Shown: piece by piece, positions 21,714-32,000 of the stretch
How the letters are laid out: each line of letters begins with the position of its first letter
How positions within the stretch are numbered: the first letter of the stretch is position 1
Assembly: GCF_000025925.1 (NCBI RefSeq)
Contig: NC_014033.1
Coordinates: forward strand, 990,001-1,022,000
DNA length: 32,000 nt
Reading direction: 5' to 3'
Source of the DNA: Xylanibacter ruminicola 23
GTDB taxonomy: Bacteria; Bacteroidota; Bacteroidia; Bacteroidales; Bacteroidaceae
Notes under the pieces: generated by a model
What the model saw: the letters and a program-made list of their open reading frames with translations, nothing else
The model's database searches: none
Told to the model about the DNA's origin: nothing
Translations under genes and position numbers: made by a program

Positions 21714-22895
21714 ATGAAAATTAAGAGCCTGCTAACCGCAGCTATCCTGCTGAGTGTCAGCTATATAACGCCAATTTATGCGCAATCGGCACCAAATGCC
21801 GAAAATGGCGCTTTTGTGGCCGTTGAGTCGAATATCGACCCGATGGACTCGGTTGAAGTGAGTTTACTGACCTGTTCGCCCCACGAAGAGATTTACAGTT
21901 TGTATGGTCATGCAGCCATCCGTTGGCATCAGGGCGACACCGATCTGGTGTTTAACTGGGGTATGTTCAGTTTCAGTAAGCCATACTTTGCCCTACGCTT
22001 TGTGTTCGGACTAACCGATTACGAGCTGGCCGCCTACCCCTTTGAGCGTTTCTGGCCCTACTACCAGCAATGGGGCAGCAGCATTACCGAGCAGGTGCTG
22101 AACCTGACCAACGACGAGAAGCGTACCCTGCAGCGCCTGCTGGGCGAAAACCTGCAGGAAGAGAACCGCGTGTATCGCTATAATTTCTTCTACAACAACT
22201 GTTCAACCAAACCTAGAGATGTAATCGAGAAAAGTATTGATGGACAGGTAGTTTACGAAGAGCGAAGTGACTATCAGCCAACCTTCCGCGAGATGGTGCG
22301 CGAGTGCAATCGCAACCACCTGTGGTCGAAGTTTGGAAACGATATGCTGCTGGGTGTGAAAGCCGACCTGGCTACCACCCGCGAGGAGCAGGAATTCCTG
22401 CCTATGAATCTGATGACCGACTTTGCGCATGCGCAGATTTATAAGGATGGCGAATACCGCCCCTTGATAAAGGAGCAGCGCCTGCTGGTAGCACCGGGCG
22501 TACAGGTCATCGAACAGGACTTTTTCCTCACACCCACCGAAATAGCCGTACTGCTGCTCATCATATCCGTATGTATTGCCCTCTACGAGTGGAAAAGCAG
22601 TCGCGTTGTGAAATGGTGGGATGTAGCGCTGATGACCGTTCAGGGACTTGTTGGTATCGTGCTTACGGTGATGATATTCTCGCAGCACCCCACTACATCG
22701 CTTAATCTTAACCTGCTGCTGTTCAATCCTCTGGCGCTGGTGTTTATACCCGCCGTTATCAAAGGCAAGCGCAACCTGTGGACCAAACTGCTGCTGGTAA
22801 TGCTGATACTGTACGGACTGGGTGGCATACTGCAGAGCTATTCGGAGGGTATGTGGATTGTGGCACTATGTTTGCTGATACGTTGTAAGAAATGA
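21714..22895 (+). CDS. DUF4105 (Lnb N-terminal periplasmic domain) membrane protein
   Basis: 393 aa from MKIKSLLTAAILL, which carries a signal peptide. The hallmark is LLTCSPHEEIYSLYGHAAIRW. The C-terminus has multiple TMs. The ORF-track start at 21528 is a GTG overlapping the divergent gene and was rejected. Confidence 0.7.
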   Translation: MKIKSLLTAAILLSVSYITPIYAQSAPNAENGAFVAVESNIDPMDSVEVSLLTCSPHEEIYSLYGHAAIRWHQGDTDLVFNWGMFSFSKPYFALRFVFGLTDYELAAYPFERFWPYYQQWGSSITEQVLNLTNDEKRTLQRLLGENLQEENRVYRYNFFYNNCSTKPRDVIEKSIDGQVVYEERSDYQPTFREMVRECNRNHLWSKFGNDMLLGVKADLATTREEQEFLPMNLMTDFAHAQIYKDGEYRPLIKEQRLLVAPGVQVIEQDFFLTPTEIAVLLLIISVCIALYEWKSSRVVKWWDVALMTVQGLVGIVLTVMIFSQHPTTSLNLNLLLFNPLALVFIPAVIKGKRNLWTKLLLVMLILYGLGGILQSYSEGMWIVALCLLIRCKK

Positions 22896-24055
22896 AGAAT
22901 AGATATCTATACGTTACGCTGCTTACGATGCTGGCGCTCAGCTCGCAAGCGCAGCAACAGAAGGGAGTAAGCCCCCGGCTGGTGGTAAATATTACCATCG
23001 ACCAGCTGCTTACCGACTATCCCGCTCTGTTCGACGATGGATTAATCTATGAGCAAGGTTTCTATCCCTACAGTCAAGTTGACCTGTCGTCTGCCATTTC
23101 GTCAGTCGTAACAGGCACATCGCCATTCTATCACACCATTACGGCCGATAAATGGCTCGACCGTCAGTCGTTGCAAACCGTAGCGGCTACCCCCGATGAA
23201 ATCGCCGTTTCTACCCTGGCCGATGAGCTGAAGATAGCTACCAAGGGTGCCGGTAAGGTATGCGCCGTGGCTGCAAAAAAAGAGACAGCAGCGCTGCTTG
23301 CAGGGCATAACGTGGACCGCCTGGCATGGAACGATGACAAGCGTAGAAATCAGGATGCTACCAGCCTGACGGTTAAGGCTTTACAACTGGTTGTTGAAGA
23401 AAGGCTTGGGCAAGATTCTATCCCCGATCTGCTATTTCTGCAGTACGAGAAAGAAGATTACCAATCGGCCCTGCAAAAGCTGGTGGTTGAGATACAGCGC
23501 ATGGTGGGCAAGCAGCACGCCCTGTTTGTGCTCACCTCTACCGGCTATCGCGATCTGAATACCGATGAATACGCCAAATATCACATCCCCACGGGTGTAT
23601 ATTATACCAACCGCACTGCCAACCTGCTGAACATGTACCTGGGTGCCCTGTGGGGCCAAGGCAAGTACGTTGAGGGCAGCTACCGTAACCAGCTGTACCT
23701 GAACCACCAGCTGTTGGAACAGAAACGCATCGCCCTGTCCGACGCCACACAGAAGGCTAAGGAGTTCCTGCTGCAGATGGCAGGCGTAAAGCGTGTAAAC
23801 ATCCATCTGTACGAGGCCCACATGGGCGATCTGCAGGTAGAGTTGGCACCTGGCTGGCAGATGCAGAACGACGACACTCACGAGCAACTTAAAACCAAGC
23901 AGCCACTGGCCTGCTTCCCCATTATATTCTATGGTGCCGATATACCCGCACAGAAGGTGCAGGCACCCGTTAGCATAGAGCGTATTGCCCCCACAATTTC
24001 GAAGGCAATCCGCATTCGTGCCCCCAATGCATGTATGGCTACACCTCTTTTTTAA
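22892..24055 (+). CDS. Alkaline-phosphatase-superfamily-like protein (short, possibly degenerate)
   Basis: 387 aa with a signal peptide. RLVVNITIDQLLTDY resembles the metal-binding-Asp N-terminal strand of AP/NPP enzymes. VVTGTSPFYHTI resembles the TGxxPxxHGI segment. The start overlaps the DUF4105 stop as ATGA. Confidence 0.4.
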   Translation: MKNRYLYVTLLTMLALSSQAQQQKGVSPRLVVNITIDQLLTDYPALFDDGLIYEQGFYPYSQVDLSSAISSVVTGTSPFYHTITADKWLDRQSLQTVAATPDEIAVSTLADELKIATKGAGKVCAVAAKKETAALLAGHNVDRLAWNDDKRRNQDATSLTVKALQLVVEERLGQDSIPDLLFLQYEKEDYQSALQKLVVEIQRMVGKQHALFVLTSTGYRDLNTDEYAKYHIPTGVYYTNRTANLLNMYLGALWGQGKYVEGSYRNQLYLNHQLLEQKRIALSDATQKAKEFLLQMAGVKRVNIHLYEAHMGDLQVELAPGWQMQNDDTHEQLKTKQPLACFPIIFYGADIPAQKVQAPVSIERIAPTISKAIRIRAPNACMATPLF

Positions 24056-24087
24056 TAAAAAGGCTTGGTGGTTAAAAATTTTTTTTG

Positions 24088-24095
24088 TAATTTTG
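24088..24095 (+). promoter_or_regulatory. -7 promoter box TAATTTTG for secA
   Basis: Matches TAnnTTTG and lies 54 nt upstream of the ATG at 24150. Confidence 0.45.
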
Positions 24096-24149
24096 CCGCC
24101 GTTTTATAACGACATACATCAACAATAAGTAAAAAAATAAAAATTAAAT

Positions 24150-27100
24150 ATGAATTTCAACAAGTTATTGAAGTCGCTGTTTGGTGACAAATCCAGCCGC
24201 GACATGAAGCTTATCCAGCCACTCGTTGAGCAGGTAAAGGCTGTTTACCCCGAGGTACAGAAGCTGGATAACGACGCACTGCGCCAGCGCACTAAGACAC
24301 TGCAGCTGCAAGTACAGAACTCTGCCCAGGAGCAGAAAGCCCGTATCGAAGAACTGAAGGCTACAATCGAAAACACCCCTATCGATGAGCGTGCCGATAT
24401 CTTCGCTCAGATCGATAAGATCGAGAAGGAAGTATTGGAGATTTACGAGCAGGCCCTGAACGAGGTAATGCCCGAGGTATTCGCTATCGTAAAGGAAACC
24501 GCACGCCGCTTTGCCGAGAATGAGGAGGTGGTTGTTACAGCTACCGATTTCGACCGCGAGCTGGCTGGCGATCCTAAGAAGGACTTTATTACCATCGATG
24601 GCGACAAGGCTATCTACCACAACCACTGGACTGCTGGTGGTAACGACCTGAAGTGGGAAATGGTACACTACGACGTACAGTTGTTTGGTGGTGTTGTACT
24701 GCATCAGGGAAAGATTGCCGAGATGGCTACTGGTGAGGGTAAGACCCTGGTGGCTACCCTGCCTGTATTCCTGAACGCACTCACCGGTAACGGTGTACAC
24801 GTGGTAACCGTGAACGACTATCTGGCTAAGCGTGACTCAGAGTGGATGGGTCCTCTCTATATGTTCCATGGCTTGAGCGTGGATTGTATCGATAAGCATC
24901 AGCCTAACTCTGAGGCCCGTCGTAAGGCTTATCAGGCTGATATCACCTTCGGTACCAACAACGAGTTCGGTTTCGACTATCTGCGTGATAACATGGCCGT
25001 ATCGCCTGCCGATCTGGTACAGCGCGCACATAACTACGCCATCGTCGATGAGGTCGACTCAGTATTGATCGACGATGCCCGTACACCTCTGATTATCTCT
25101 GGTCCTATCCCCAAGGGCGACGATCAGATGTTCGAGGAGTATCAGCCACTGGTTGAGAAGCTGGTAGGTGTTCAGCGCCAGTTGGCCACCCAGTATCTGG
25201 CCGACGCCAAGACCCTGATTACCGAGGGTAACAAGCTGATGGAGGCTGGCAACAAGAAGGAGGCACAGGAGAAGCTGGATGCCGGTTTCCTGTCGCTCTA
25301 CCGTTCGCACAAGGCCATGCCTAAGAACAAGCCACTGATTAAGTTCCTCTCGGAGGAAGGTATCAAGGCTGGTATGCAGAATACCGAGAATATCTACATG
25401 GAGAACAATAACCGCCGCATGCCTGAGTGTGTTGAGCCTCTGTACTTCGTAGTAGATGAGAAGATGAATAGCTGCGACCTGACCGATAAGGGTACTGCCT
25501 GGCTGGCTAAGCAGGTAAACGATAACGAGCTGTTTGTGCTGCCCGATATCACTACCGAGCTGTCGGCTCTCGAGGCTGAGACCGGACTCACCGATCAGGA
25601 GCGCCTGGATAAGAAAGATGAGCTGATGAGCCACTACGCTGTACAGAGTGAGCGTGTGCACACCCTTCAGCAGCTGCTGAAGGCTTACTGCATGTTTAAT
25701 AAGGACGACGAGTATGTGGTTATCGACGGCGAGGTGAAGATCGTTGACGAGCAGACTGGTCGTATCATGGAGGGTCGTCGCTGGAGCGACGGACTGCACC
25801 AGGCTGTTGAGGCCAAGGAGCACGTAAAGGTAGAGGCTGCCACACAGACATTCGCTACCATCACCCTGCAGAACTACTTCCGTATGTATCACAAGCTCTC
25901 AGGTATGACCGGTACCGCTTCTACCGAGGCTGGTGAGTTCTGGGATATCTACAAGCTGGATGTGGTTGAGATTCCTACCAACCGCCCAGTAATCCGTAAC
26001 GACCAGGACGACCGCGTTTACAAGACCGCTCGCGAGAAGTACAAGGCTGTAATCGAGGAAGTAGTAAAGATGAGAAATCAGGGCCGTCCAACACTGATTG
26101 GTACCACATCGGTGGAGATTTCAGAGTTGCTGAGCCGTATGCTTGATATGTATGTGAACCCTGAGACCGGTAAGCGCGAGGGTATCCCCCACCAGGTGCT
26201 GAATGCTAAGCTGCACCAGAAGGAGGCCGACATCGTAGCATTGGCCGGACAGAGCACTAACGGTAAGGGTGCCGTTACCATTGCCACCAACATGGCCGGT
26301 CGTGGTACCGATATTAAGCTTTCGCCTGAGGTAAAGGCAGCCGGTGGTCTGGCTATCATCGGTACCGAGCGCCACGAGAGCCGTCGTGTTGACCGTCAGC
26401 TGCGTGGTCGTGCCGGACGTCAGGGCGACCCAGGTTCATCTGTATTCTATGTATCGCTCGAGGATAAGCTGATGCGACTGTTCGCCTCTGAGCGTATCGC
26501 ATCGGTCATGGACCGTCTGGGATTCAAGGATGGCGAGATGATCGAGAGTCCTATGATCTCTAAGAGCATCGAGCGCGCCCAGAAGAAGGTTGAGGAGAAC
26601 AACTTCGGTATCCGTAAGCGTCTGATCGAGTACGATGACGTGATGAACAAGCAGCGTACCGTGATCTACGAGAAGCGTCGCCACGCCCTGATGGGTGAGC
26701 GTATCGGTATGGATATCGCCAACATCATCTGGGACCGCGTAGTAAATATCATCGAGAACTCTACCGATTACCAGAGCTGTAAGGAGGAATTCCTGCACAT
26801 CCTCTCGATGGAGGTGCCCTTCAGCAGCGACGAGTATCTGAACCAGCCACGCGAGGTACTTACCGAGAATGCCTTCCAGGCTGCCATCGGTAACTTCAAC
26901 CGCAAAACCGAGCGTATCCAGACTGTTGCCCAGCCTATCATCAAGCAGGTGTACGAGGCTCAGGGACAGATCTACGAGCGTATCATGGTGCCCATCACCG
27001 ACGGTCGTAAGATGTACAACATCCCTTGCAACCTGAAGGAGGCTTACGAGAGCGACTGCAAGAGCATTGTGAAGGAGTTTGAGAAGAGCATCCTGCTGCA

Positions 27101-27539
27101 TATCATCGACGATAGCTGGAAGGAGAACCTGCGCCAGTTGGATGAGCTGAAGCACTCTGTACAGAATGCCAGCTACGAGCAGAAGGATCCACTGCTGATC
27201 TTCAAGCTTGAGAGTGCCAAGGTTTGGGACGAGATGATTAACGATATGTACAACCGTATCTGCTCGATCCTTACACGCAGCGGTATCCCCGAGATGCAGC
27301 AGCAGGAAGTACAGGAGGCTGCCCCCGAGCAGCCCGCCCAGCGCCAGCAGTACGTAGAGACCAAGCAGGAAGTTGAGCAGTTGGTTGACCGCAACCAGCA
27401 GGCCGCTGCACAGCACGACACACGTGCCCAGCAGAGCCACGAGCCCATCGTAAAGGATAAGCTGCCCGGACGCAACGATCCATGTCCCTGTGGTTCAGGT
27501 AAGAAATTCAAGAATTGTCACGGTAAAGGAATAGTATAA
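24150..27539 (+). CDS. secA: Preprotein translocase ATPase SecA
   Basis: 1129 aa. Motifs: [14 protein letters not shown] (Walker A), [31 protein letters not shown], and the C-terminal zinc motif [14 protein letters not shown]. Confidence 0.97.
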   Translation: MNFNKLLKSLFGDKSSRDMKLIQPLVEQVKAVYPEVQKLDNDALRQRTKTLQLQVQNSAQEQKARIEELKATIENTPIDERADIFAQIDKIEKEVLEIYEQALNEVMPEVFAIVKETARRFAENEEVVVTATDFDRELAGDPKKDFITIDGDKAIYHNHWTAGGNDLKWEMVHYDVQLFGGVVLHQGKIAEMATGEGKTLVATLPVFLNALTGNGVHVVTVNDYLAKRDSEWMGPLYMFHGLSVDCIDKHQPNSEARRKAYQADITFGTNNEFGFDYLRDNMAVSPADLVQRAHNYAIVDEVDSVLIDDARTPLIISGPIPKGDDQMFEEYQPLVEKLVGVQRQLATQYLADAKTLITEGNKLMEAGNKKEAQEKLDAGFLSLYRSHKAMPKNKPLIKFLSEEGIKAGMQNTENIYMENNNRRMPECVEPLYFVVDEKMNSCDLTDKGTAWLAKQVNDNELFVLPDITTELSALEAETGLTDQERLDKKDELMSHYAVQSERVHTLQQLLKAYCMFNKDDEYVVIDGEVKIVDEQTGRIMEGRRWSDGLHQAVEAKEHVKVEAATQTFATITLQNYFRMYHKLSGMTGTASTEAGEFWDIYKLDVVEIPTNRPVIRNDQDDRVYKTAREKYKAVIEEVVKMRNQGRPTLIGTTSVEISELLSRMLDMYVNPETGKREGIPHQVLNAKLHQKEADIVALAGQSTNGKGAVTIATNMAGRGTDIKLSPEVKAAGGLAIIGTERHESRRVDRQLRGRAGRQGDPGSSVFYVSLEDKLMRLFASERIASVMDRLGFKDGEMIESPMISKSIERAQKKVEENNFGIRKRLIEYDDVMNKQRTVIYEKRRHALMGERIGMDIANIIWDRVVNIIENSTDYQSCKEEFLHILSMEVPFSSDEYLNQPREVLTENAFQAAIGNFNRKTERIQTVAQPIIKQVYEAQGQIYERIMVPITDGRKMYNIPCNLKEAYESDCKSIVKEFEKSILLHIIDDSWKENLRQLDELKHSVQNASYEQKDPLLIFKLESAKVWDEMINDMYNRICSILTRSGIPEMQQQEVQEAAPEQPAQRQQYVETKQEVEQLVDRNQQAAAQHDTRAQQSHEPIVKDKLPGRNDPCPCGSGKKFKNCHGKGIV

Positions 27540-27546
27540 TACGATT

Positions 27547-28248
27547 ATGATTACAATCAACCATTTGAAGAAGGCGTTTGGCAACACCGTTGCCTGCGAC
27601 ATTGAACAGTTCAAAATCAACGACGGCGAGATTCTCGGCCTCGTAGGTAACAATGGTGCAGGTAAGACCACGCTCTTCCGCATGCTGTTAGACCTGCTGA
27701 AACCCGATGAGGGTGATGTAGCACTCGATGGCATTAACCCCGCCCAGAGCGAGGAATGGAAGGCCGCTACAGGCTCGTACATCGACGAGGGTTTCCTTAT
27801 CGATTTCCTCACACCCGAGGAGTACTTCGCATTTATCGGTAAGATTACTGATAAAACGCAGGAAGAGGTTGACGAGCGACTGAAGGACTTCGAGAAGTTC
27901 GCTGCCGGTGAGATTTTCGGACAGAAAAAACTGATTCGTAATCTCTCGGCTGGTAACAAACAGAAGGTAGGTATCATCTCTGCCCTGTTTAACAACCCCA
28001 AACTGGTGATTCTCGACGAGCCATTCAACTTCCTCGATCCTTCGAGCCAGAACACGCTCAAGCATGTGCTTACCGAGTACAACAGGCGTACTGGCGCTAC
28101 TATTCTGGTTTCGAGTCATAACCTGGCACACACCATCGACATCTCTACACGCATTGCGCTGCTGGAGAAGGGTCACATCGTTCGCGATCTGGCCAATGCC
28201 GACGGAAGTGCACGTGCCGAACTCGAAAATTACTTTGAGACAGAATAA
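27547..28248 (+). CDS. ABC transporter ATP-binding protein (no adjacent permease)
   Basis: 233 aa. Walker A GNNGAGKTT, signature LSAGNKQK, Walker B LVILDEP, H-loop SSHN. It starts 7 nt after secA. Confidence 0.85.
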   Translation: MITINHLKKAFGNTVACDIEQFKINDGEILGLVGNNGAGKTTLFRMLLDLLKPDEGDVALDGINPAQSEEWKAATGSYIDEGFLIDFLTPEEYFAFIGKITDKTQEEVDERLKDFEKFAAGEIFGQKKLIRNLSAGNKQKVGIISALFNNPKLVILDEPFNFLDPSSQNTLKHVLTEYNRRTGATILVSSHNLAHTIDISTRIALLEKGHIVRDLANADGSARAELENYFETE

Positions 28249-28278
28249 CCTATCATCATTTTTAGGTATTTTATAAAA

Positions 28279-28315
28279 ACTTGCGACCTTTGCAATCGGG
28301 TTGCAAGTTTTTTTT
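28279..28315 (+). terminator. Rho-independent terminator after the ABC ATPase gene
   Basis: ACTTGCGACC / GGTTGCAAGT forms a 10-bp stem with one G-U pair, followed by TTTTTTTT. Confidence 0.75.
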
Positions 28316-28317
28316 CG

Positions 28318-28325
28318 TACCTTTG
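28318..28325 (+). promoter_or_regulatory. -7 promoter box TACCTTTG for feoAB
   Basis: Matches TAnnTTTG and lies 19 nt upstream of the ATG at 28345. Confidence 0.5.
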
Positions 28326-28344
28326 CACTCAAAATAAATAAGTT

Positions 28345-30753
28345 ATGAAACTGTCGGAACTGAAAACAGGCGAAAAAGGTATAATAGTTAAGGTGCTGGG
28401 ACACGGCGGATTCCGTAAGCGCATCATCGAAATGGGTTTTATTCGTGGTCAGGAGGTTGAGGTATTGCTTAACGCCCCGCTACAGGATCCCGTGAAGTAC
28501 AAGCTGATGGGGTACGAGGTGAGTCTGCGTCACCAGGAGGCTGATAACATCGAGGTGGTGTCGGCCGATACCCCATTCGAGGCTACTACCTTTAATCTGG
28601 CTACCGACAGTAATCGCCATGAGGATGATTATATCCGTCATGAGGCTATGAAGGAGCGCCGTACCATCAACGTAGCGCTGGTGGGTAATCCTAACTGTGG
28701 TAAGACCTCGCTGTTCAACTATGCATCGGGTGCCCACGGCCATGTGGGTAACTACAGCGGTGTAACGGTGGATGCCACCGAGGCCCATGCATCGATGTTC
28801 GGTTACGAGTTTAACCTCACCGACCTGCCTGGCACTTACTCGCTTTCGTGCTACTCGCCCGAGGAACTCTATGTACGCGAGCATCTGACAGAGAAAATGC
28901 CTGATGTGGTGATTAACGTCATCGACTCGTCGAACCTGGAGCGTAACCTGTATCTCACCACCCAGCTGGTTGACATGAACATACGTATGGTGTGCGCGCT
29001 GAATATGTACGACGAGTTTGAACGCCGTGGCGACCAGATTAACCTCGACACGCTGAGTACGCTGTTTGGTATGCCAATGATTCCTACATCGTTTAAGAGC
29101 GGACAGGGCGTAAAAGATCTGTTCCGTGCCGTCATCCAGGTGTACGAGGGTACCAGTAAGTTCTCGCGACACCTGCACATCAACTACGGTCATGAGATCG
29201 AGGACGGTATCTCGCATATCCAGAAGTACCTGAAGGCCGACGAGCATATCACCCAGCACTACTCTACCCGATACCTCTCACTGAAGCTCCTGGAGCACGA
29301 TAGTCAGGTGTTGGAGTATCTGGGCAACCACATGGCTGGCGAGCAGCGTATTCAGGATTTCCGTAACCTGACAACCGAGCGCGATAAGGCATCGGCCCGT
29401 GTAAAGGAAGAGACAGGCAGCGATAGCGAGACAGCGATTATGGACGCCAAGTACGGTTTTATTAACGGTGCACTGAAAGAGGCCGACTATAAGACCGGAC
29501 ATAAGAAAGATACCTATAAAGCTACACATAGGATTGATGGGCTGCTGTCGCATAAGTATCTGGGATTCCCCATCTTCTTCTTCCTGCTTTATATCATGTT
29601 CCAGACTACCTTTACACTCGGTCAGTACCCCATGGACTGGATTGAGGAAGGCGTACAGTGGTTAGGCGAAAAGATTAGCGAAGGCATGACCGACGGACCA
29701 CTGAAGGCCATGCTGGTAGATGGTGTTATCGGTGGTGTGGGTTCGGTTATCGTGTTCCTGCCACAGATTCTGATACTCTACTTCTTCATCTCGTTGATGG
29801 AGGATTCGGGCTATATGGCGCGTGCTGCCTTTATCATGGATAAGCTGATGCACAAGATGGGACTGCACGGCAAATCGTTTATCCCCCTTATTATGGGCTT
29901 TGGCTGTAACGTACCTGCCGTGATGGCTACACGTACCATCGAGAGTCGCCGCTCGCGTATCATCACCATGATGATTCTGCCGTTTATGAGCTGTTCGGCC
30001 CGTCTGCCTATCTATATCATGATAGCCGGAACGTTCTTCTCGTTGCAGTACCGCTCGTGGGTTTTGCTGTCGCTCTATGCCATCGGTATAGTAGTGTCGG
30101 TAGTTGTCAGCAAAATCTTCTCATCGCTTGTTATCAAGGGCGAGGACACACCATTTGTGATGGAACTGCCACCTTATCGCTGGCCAACACCAAAGGCCAT
30201 CTGGCGCCATACCTGGGAGAAAGGTAAGGAATACCTGAAGAAGATGGGAGGCATTATCCTGGTGGCCAGTATCATTGTATGGGCATTGGGCTACTTCCCA
30301 CATAACGAGGACCTGCCACGCGAACAGCAGCAGGAGCAGAGCTATATCGGACGCATGGGTAAAACCATCGAGCCCATCTTCACCCCACAGGGCTTTAACT
30401 GGAAACTGGACGTATCGCTGTTGGCTGGTGTAGGTGCCAAGGAGATTGTGGCTTCTACCATCGGCGTACTGTATAGTGGCGACGACAGCTTTGGCGACGA
30501 CGACAGCTTTAGCGACGACACCGAGAAATACACCCGTCTGCGCCAGATGATGCTGAACGAGGGTATCACCCCACTGGCAGGCTATGCCTACCTGATATTT
30601 ATTCTGCTGTACTTCCCCTGTATAGCTACCATTGCCGCCATCAAGCACGAAACAGGCTCGTGGCGCTGGGCCAGCTTTGCAGCCGTTTACACCACTGTGG
30701 TGGCCTGGATAGCCAGTATGCTGGTGTTCCAGATTGGCAGTTTGCTGATATAA
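28345..30753 (+). CDS. feoB: Ferrous iron transporter, FeoA-FeoB fusion
   Basis: 802 aa. The N-terminal FeoA-like domain (LSELKTGEKGIIVKV...GQEVEV) is followed by G-domain motif G1 GNPNCGKTS and a polytopic permease with two gate-like regions. Confidence 0.93.
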   Translation: MKLSELKTGEKGIIVKVLGHGGFRKRIIEMGFIRGQEVEVLLNAPLQDPVKYKLMGYEVSLRHQEADNIEVVSADTPFEATTFNLATDSNRHEDDYIRHEAMKERRTINVALVGNPNCGKTSLFNYASGAHGHVGNYSGVTVDATEAHASMFGYEFNLTDLPGTYSLSCYSPEELYVREHLTEKMPDVVINVIDSSNLERNLYLTTQLVDMNIRMVCALNMYDEFERRGDQINLDTLSTLFGMPMIPTSFKSGQGVKDLFRAVIQVYEGTSKFSRHLHINYGHEIEDGISHIQKYLKADEHITQHYSTRYLSLKLLEHDSQVLEYLGNHMAGEQRIQDFRNLTTERDKASARVKEETGSDSETAIMDAKYGFINGALKEADYKTGHKKDTYKATHRIDGLLSHKYLGFPIFFFLLYIMFQTTFTLGQYPMDWIEEGVQWLGEKISEGMTDGPLKAMLVDGVIGGVGSVIVFLPQILILYFFISLMEDSGYMARAAFIMDKLMHKMGLHGKSFIPLIMGFGCNVPAVMATRTIESRRSRIITMMILPFMSCSARLPIYIMIAGTFFSLQYRSWVLLSLYAIGIVVSVVVSKIFSSLVIKGEDTPFVMELPPYRWPTPKAIWRHTWEKGKEYLKKMGGIILVASIIVWALGYFPHNEDLPREQQQEQSYIGRMGKTIEPIFTPQGFNWKLDVSLLAGVGAKEIVASTIGVLYSGDDSFGDDDSFSDDTEKYTRLRQMMLNEGITPLAGYAYLIFILLYFPCIATIAAIKHETGSWRWASFAAVYTTVVAWIASMLVFQIGSLLI

Positions 30754-30787
30754 GTAGAATAAATTTGGTACTTTCGATATTTCTTTG

Positions 30788-30795
30788 TATCTTTG
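30788..30795 (+). promoter_or_regulatory. -7 box TATCTTTG with -33 TTTG at 30764-30767
   Basis: Matches TAnnTTTG, with a 20-nt spacer to an upstream TTTG. It lies 26 nt upstream of the ATG at 30822. Confidence 0.55.
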
Positions 30796-30821
30796 TCGCC
30801 GTTAAAACAATTTTACTAACG

Positions 30822-31889
30822 ATGAAGAAAAGATTACAATGGTTATTGGCAGCACTCTTGCTGGGCACGCCAAGCATCGGCTATGCCCAGAAAGGAAATC
30901 TGCAGAAAGGTGACTATGGATTCCTGTATTGTCACATGAACGATCATGGGCGCGCATGGACAGCCTATGCCTTGAGTCGCGATGGTTTTCATTATAAGGA
31001 CCTGCTGAACGGCGACTCTATCTTCAGCGATGCTGAGCATGCCCGTATCGAAGGCGCCACACGCGATGCTTACATCTGTCGTAAGCACGATGGCAAAGGT
31101 TATCTGATGGTATGCACCGATATGAACGTAGGTGCCCGTAAACGTCTGGGTAAGGTTGAAACCTGGGATAACTACGGTATCGACCTGCTGCGTAGCGACG
31201 ACCTGATTCACTGGAAGTCGGTTACGTTCGACTATCGTAAGGGTACGCAGATATTCTCGGATCCCAACGCTCCCAGCGTATATAAGGACTGGAGTACCAT
31301 CAACCGCGTATGGGCACCACAGATAGTATGGGACGAGGATTATGTATGGCCTAACGGTAAGAAGGGCGGCTATATGGTTTACTACTCGATGCGTAACCGT
31401 GGCGAGGACCATTACGACCGCATGTACTACTCGTATGCCGACGAGACCTTTACTACCCTTACCCAGCCTAAGCTGCTGTTCGATTGGGGCTATGCCACCA
31501 TCGATGCCGATATCAACTGGGTTGAGGCCGACCAGAAGTGGCACATGATGATTAAGAAAGAAGGTGGTAAGGCCGGTTTGTTTACCGCTACAGCACCAAA
31601 GCTGACTGGACCATGGAGCGAGCCGGTAGAGGACGATTACGTGAACTTTGAGGGCAACAAGGCTTGTGAGGGTGTTAGCGCCTTCCAGTTGCCTGGACAG
31701 AAAACCTGGGTGATTGCCTACATCGAGTACTCGTCGAACCCACGTAACTACCGTCTGTGCCTGGCCGACGAGTACATGCGCAACTTCCACTCACCCCGTA
31801 ATATCGAGGGTGTGAAAGCGCCACAGCACGGATCGTTTATGCGCCTGACTAAGAAGGAGTACAAACGACTGGAGAAACTGTTGAAGTAA
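30822..31889 (+). CDS. Secreted glycoside hydrolase, GH43-like five-bladed beta-propeller
   Basis: 355 aa from MKKRLQWLLAALLLGTPSIGYAQ (signal peptide). RDAYICRKHDGKGYLMVCTD and VWAPQIVWDED resemble GH43 catalytic-blade motifs. The ORF-track start at 30660 is a GTG overlapping feoB and was rejected. Confidence 0.6.
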   Translation: MKKRLQWLLAALLLGTPSIGYAQKGNLQKGDYGFLYCHMNDHGRAWTAYALSRDGFHYKDLLNGDSIFSDAEHARIEGATRDAYICRKHDGKGYLMVCTDMNVGARKRLGKVETWDNYGIDLLRSDDLIHWKSVTFDYRKGTQIFSDPNAPSVYKDWSTINRVWAPQIVWDEDYVWPNGKKGGYMVYYSMRNRGEDHYDRMYYSYADETFTTLTQPKLLFDWGYATIDADINWVEADQKWHMMIKKEGGKAGLFTATAPKLTGPWSEPVEDDYVNFEGNKACEGVSAFQLPGQKTWVIAYIEYSSNPRNYRLCLADEYMRNFHSPRNIEGVKAPQHGSFMRLTKKEYKRLEKLLK

Positions 31890-31895
31890 TCGTTG

Positions 31896-32000
31896 TTATC
31901 CGAATACAAAACGCAACGAGGCGTACAGCTGGATAGCAAAGAAATAGATGATAATCAGGGAAGAGCCCTGACGTAAACCATAGGAGAGGATGTCGAGCAC
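31896..32000 (-). CDS. Partial CDS (C-terminal 34 codons) of a hydrophobic protein that runs off the window
   Basis: The minus-strand frame is open from the window edge to the TAA at 31896-31898 and reads VLDILSYGLRQGSSLIIIYFFAIQLYASLRFVFG. It is convergent with the GH43 gene. It is too short to identify. Confidence 0.3.
   Translation of the reverse strand: MLDILSYGLRQGSSLIIIYFFAIQLYASLRFVFG

Noticed and set aside
24165-27511. Long antisense ORFs opposite secA (e.g. 25059-25892, 26436-27440), and similar ones opposite feoB, GH43, ppiD and the primase-helicase
   Set aside because: These are typical shadow ORFs on the opposite strand of strongly codon-biased genes. The sense strand carries unambiguous conserved motifs, while the antisense products are low-complexity (Leu/Val/Gln-rich) with no motifs.
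30660-30821. Extended N-terminus of the GH43-like ORF (start 30660)
   Set aside because: It is a GTG start overlapping the feoB 3' end by 94 nt. The ATG at 30822 gives a signal peptide (MKKRLQWLLAALLLG) and has -33 and -7 boxes upstream.

Overview
The window looks like a Bacteroidales chromosome segment, possibly Prevotellaceae. The evidence is recurrent TAnnTTTG -7 promoter boxes, a FeoA-FeoB fusion, a Bacteroidales-type HU-like protein and PpiD / CNNM-CBS / LptC synteny. Most of the window is housekeeping. On the + strand: ispE-galE (29-1914), a DUF4105 protein plus an alkaline-phosphatase-fold protein, secA, an ABC ATPase, feoAB and a GH43-like hydrolase (21.7-31.9 kb). On the - strand: ppiD, a CNNM/CBS protein, lptC and an outer-membrane barrel (16.1-21.6 kb). 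Two signalling pairs each overlap by ATGA: a substrate-binding protein with a Cache-HAMP-PP2C phosphatase (2644-5633), and an orphan histidine kinase with an AzgA-type purine permease (6385-8765). The most interesting part is an accessory-looking block at about 8.8-16.1 kb. It holds a small membrane protein and a lysin-like protein, and diverging from them a 922-aa toprim-like/P-loop primase-helicase. That gene is followed by a non-coding field with four perfect and four degenerate copies of GGTGTTGCAA around an AT-rich core, which is a candidate origin. Next come a ParE/RelE-type toxin pair bracketed by 34-nt direct-repeat hairpins, a BIG2 surface lipoprotein with near-identical 87-90 bp internal repeats, and an HU-like protein. 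No integrase, capsid, terminase or transfer genes are visible, so I read this block as a possible satellite-like or cryptic replicon module of unknown biology. Separately, two ~0.7 kb hairpin-rich mosaic repeat blocks (1927-2560 and 5618-6384) flank the phosphatase cassette. They share modules in both direct and inverted orientation, and one contains a perfect 35-bp inverted repeat. All functional calls come from motif recognition by eye; no database search was run.
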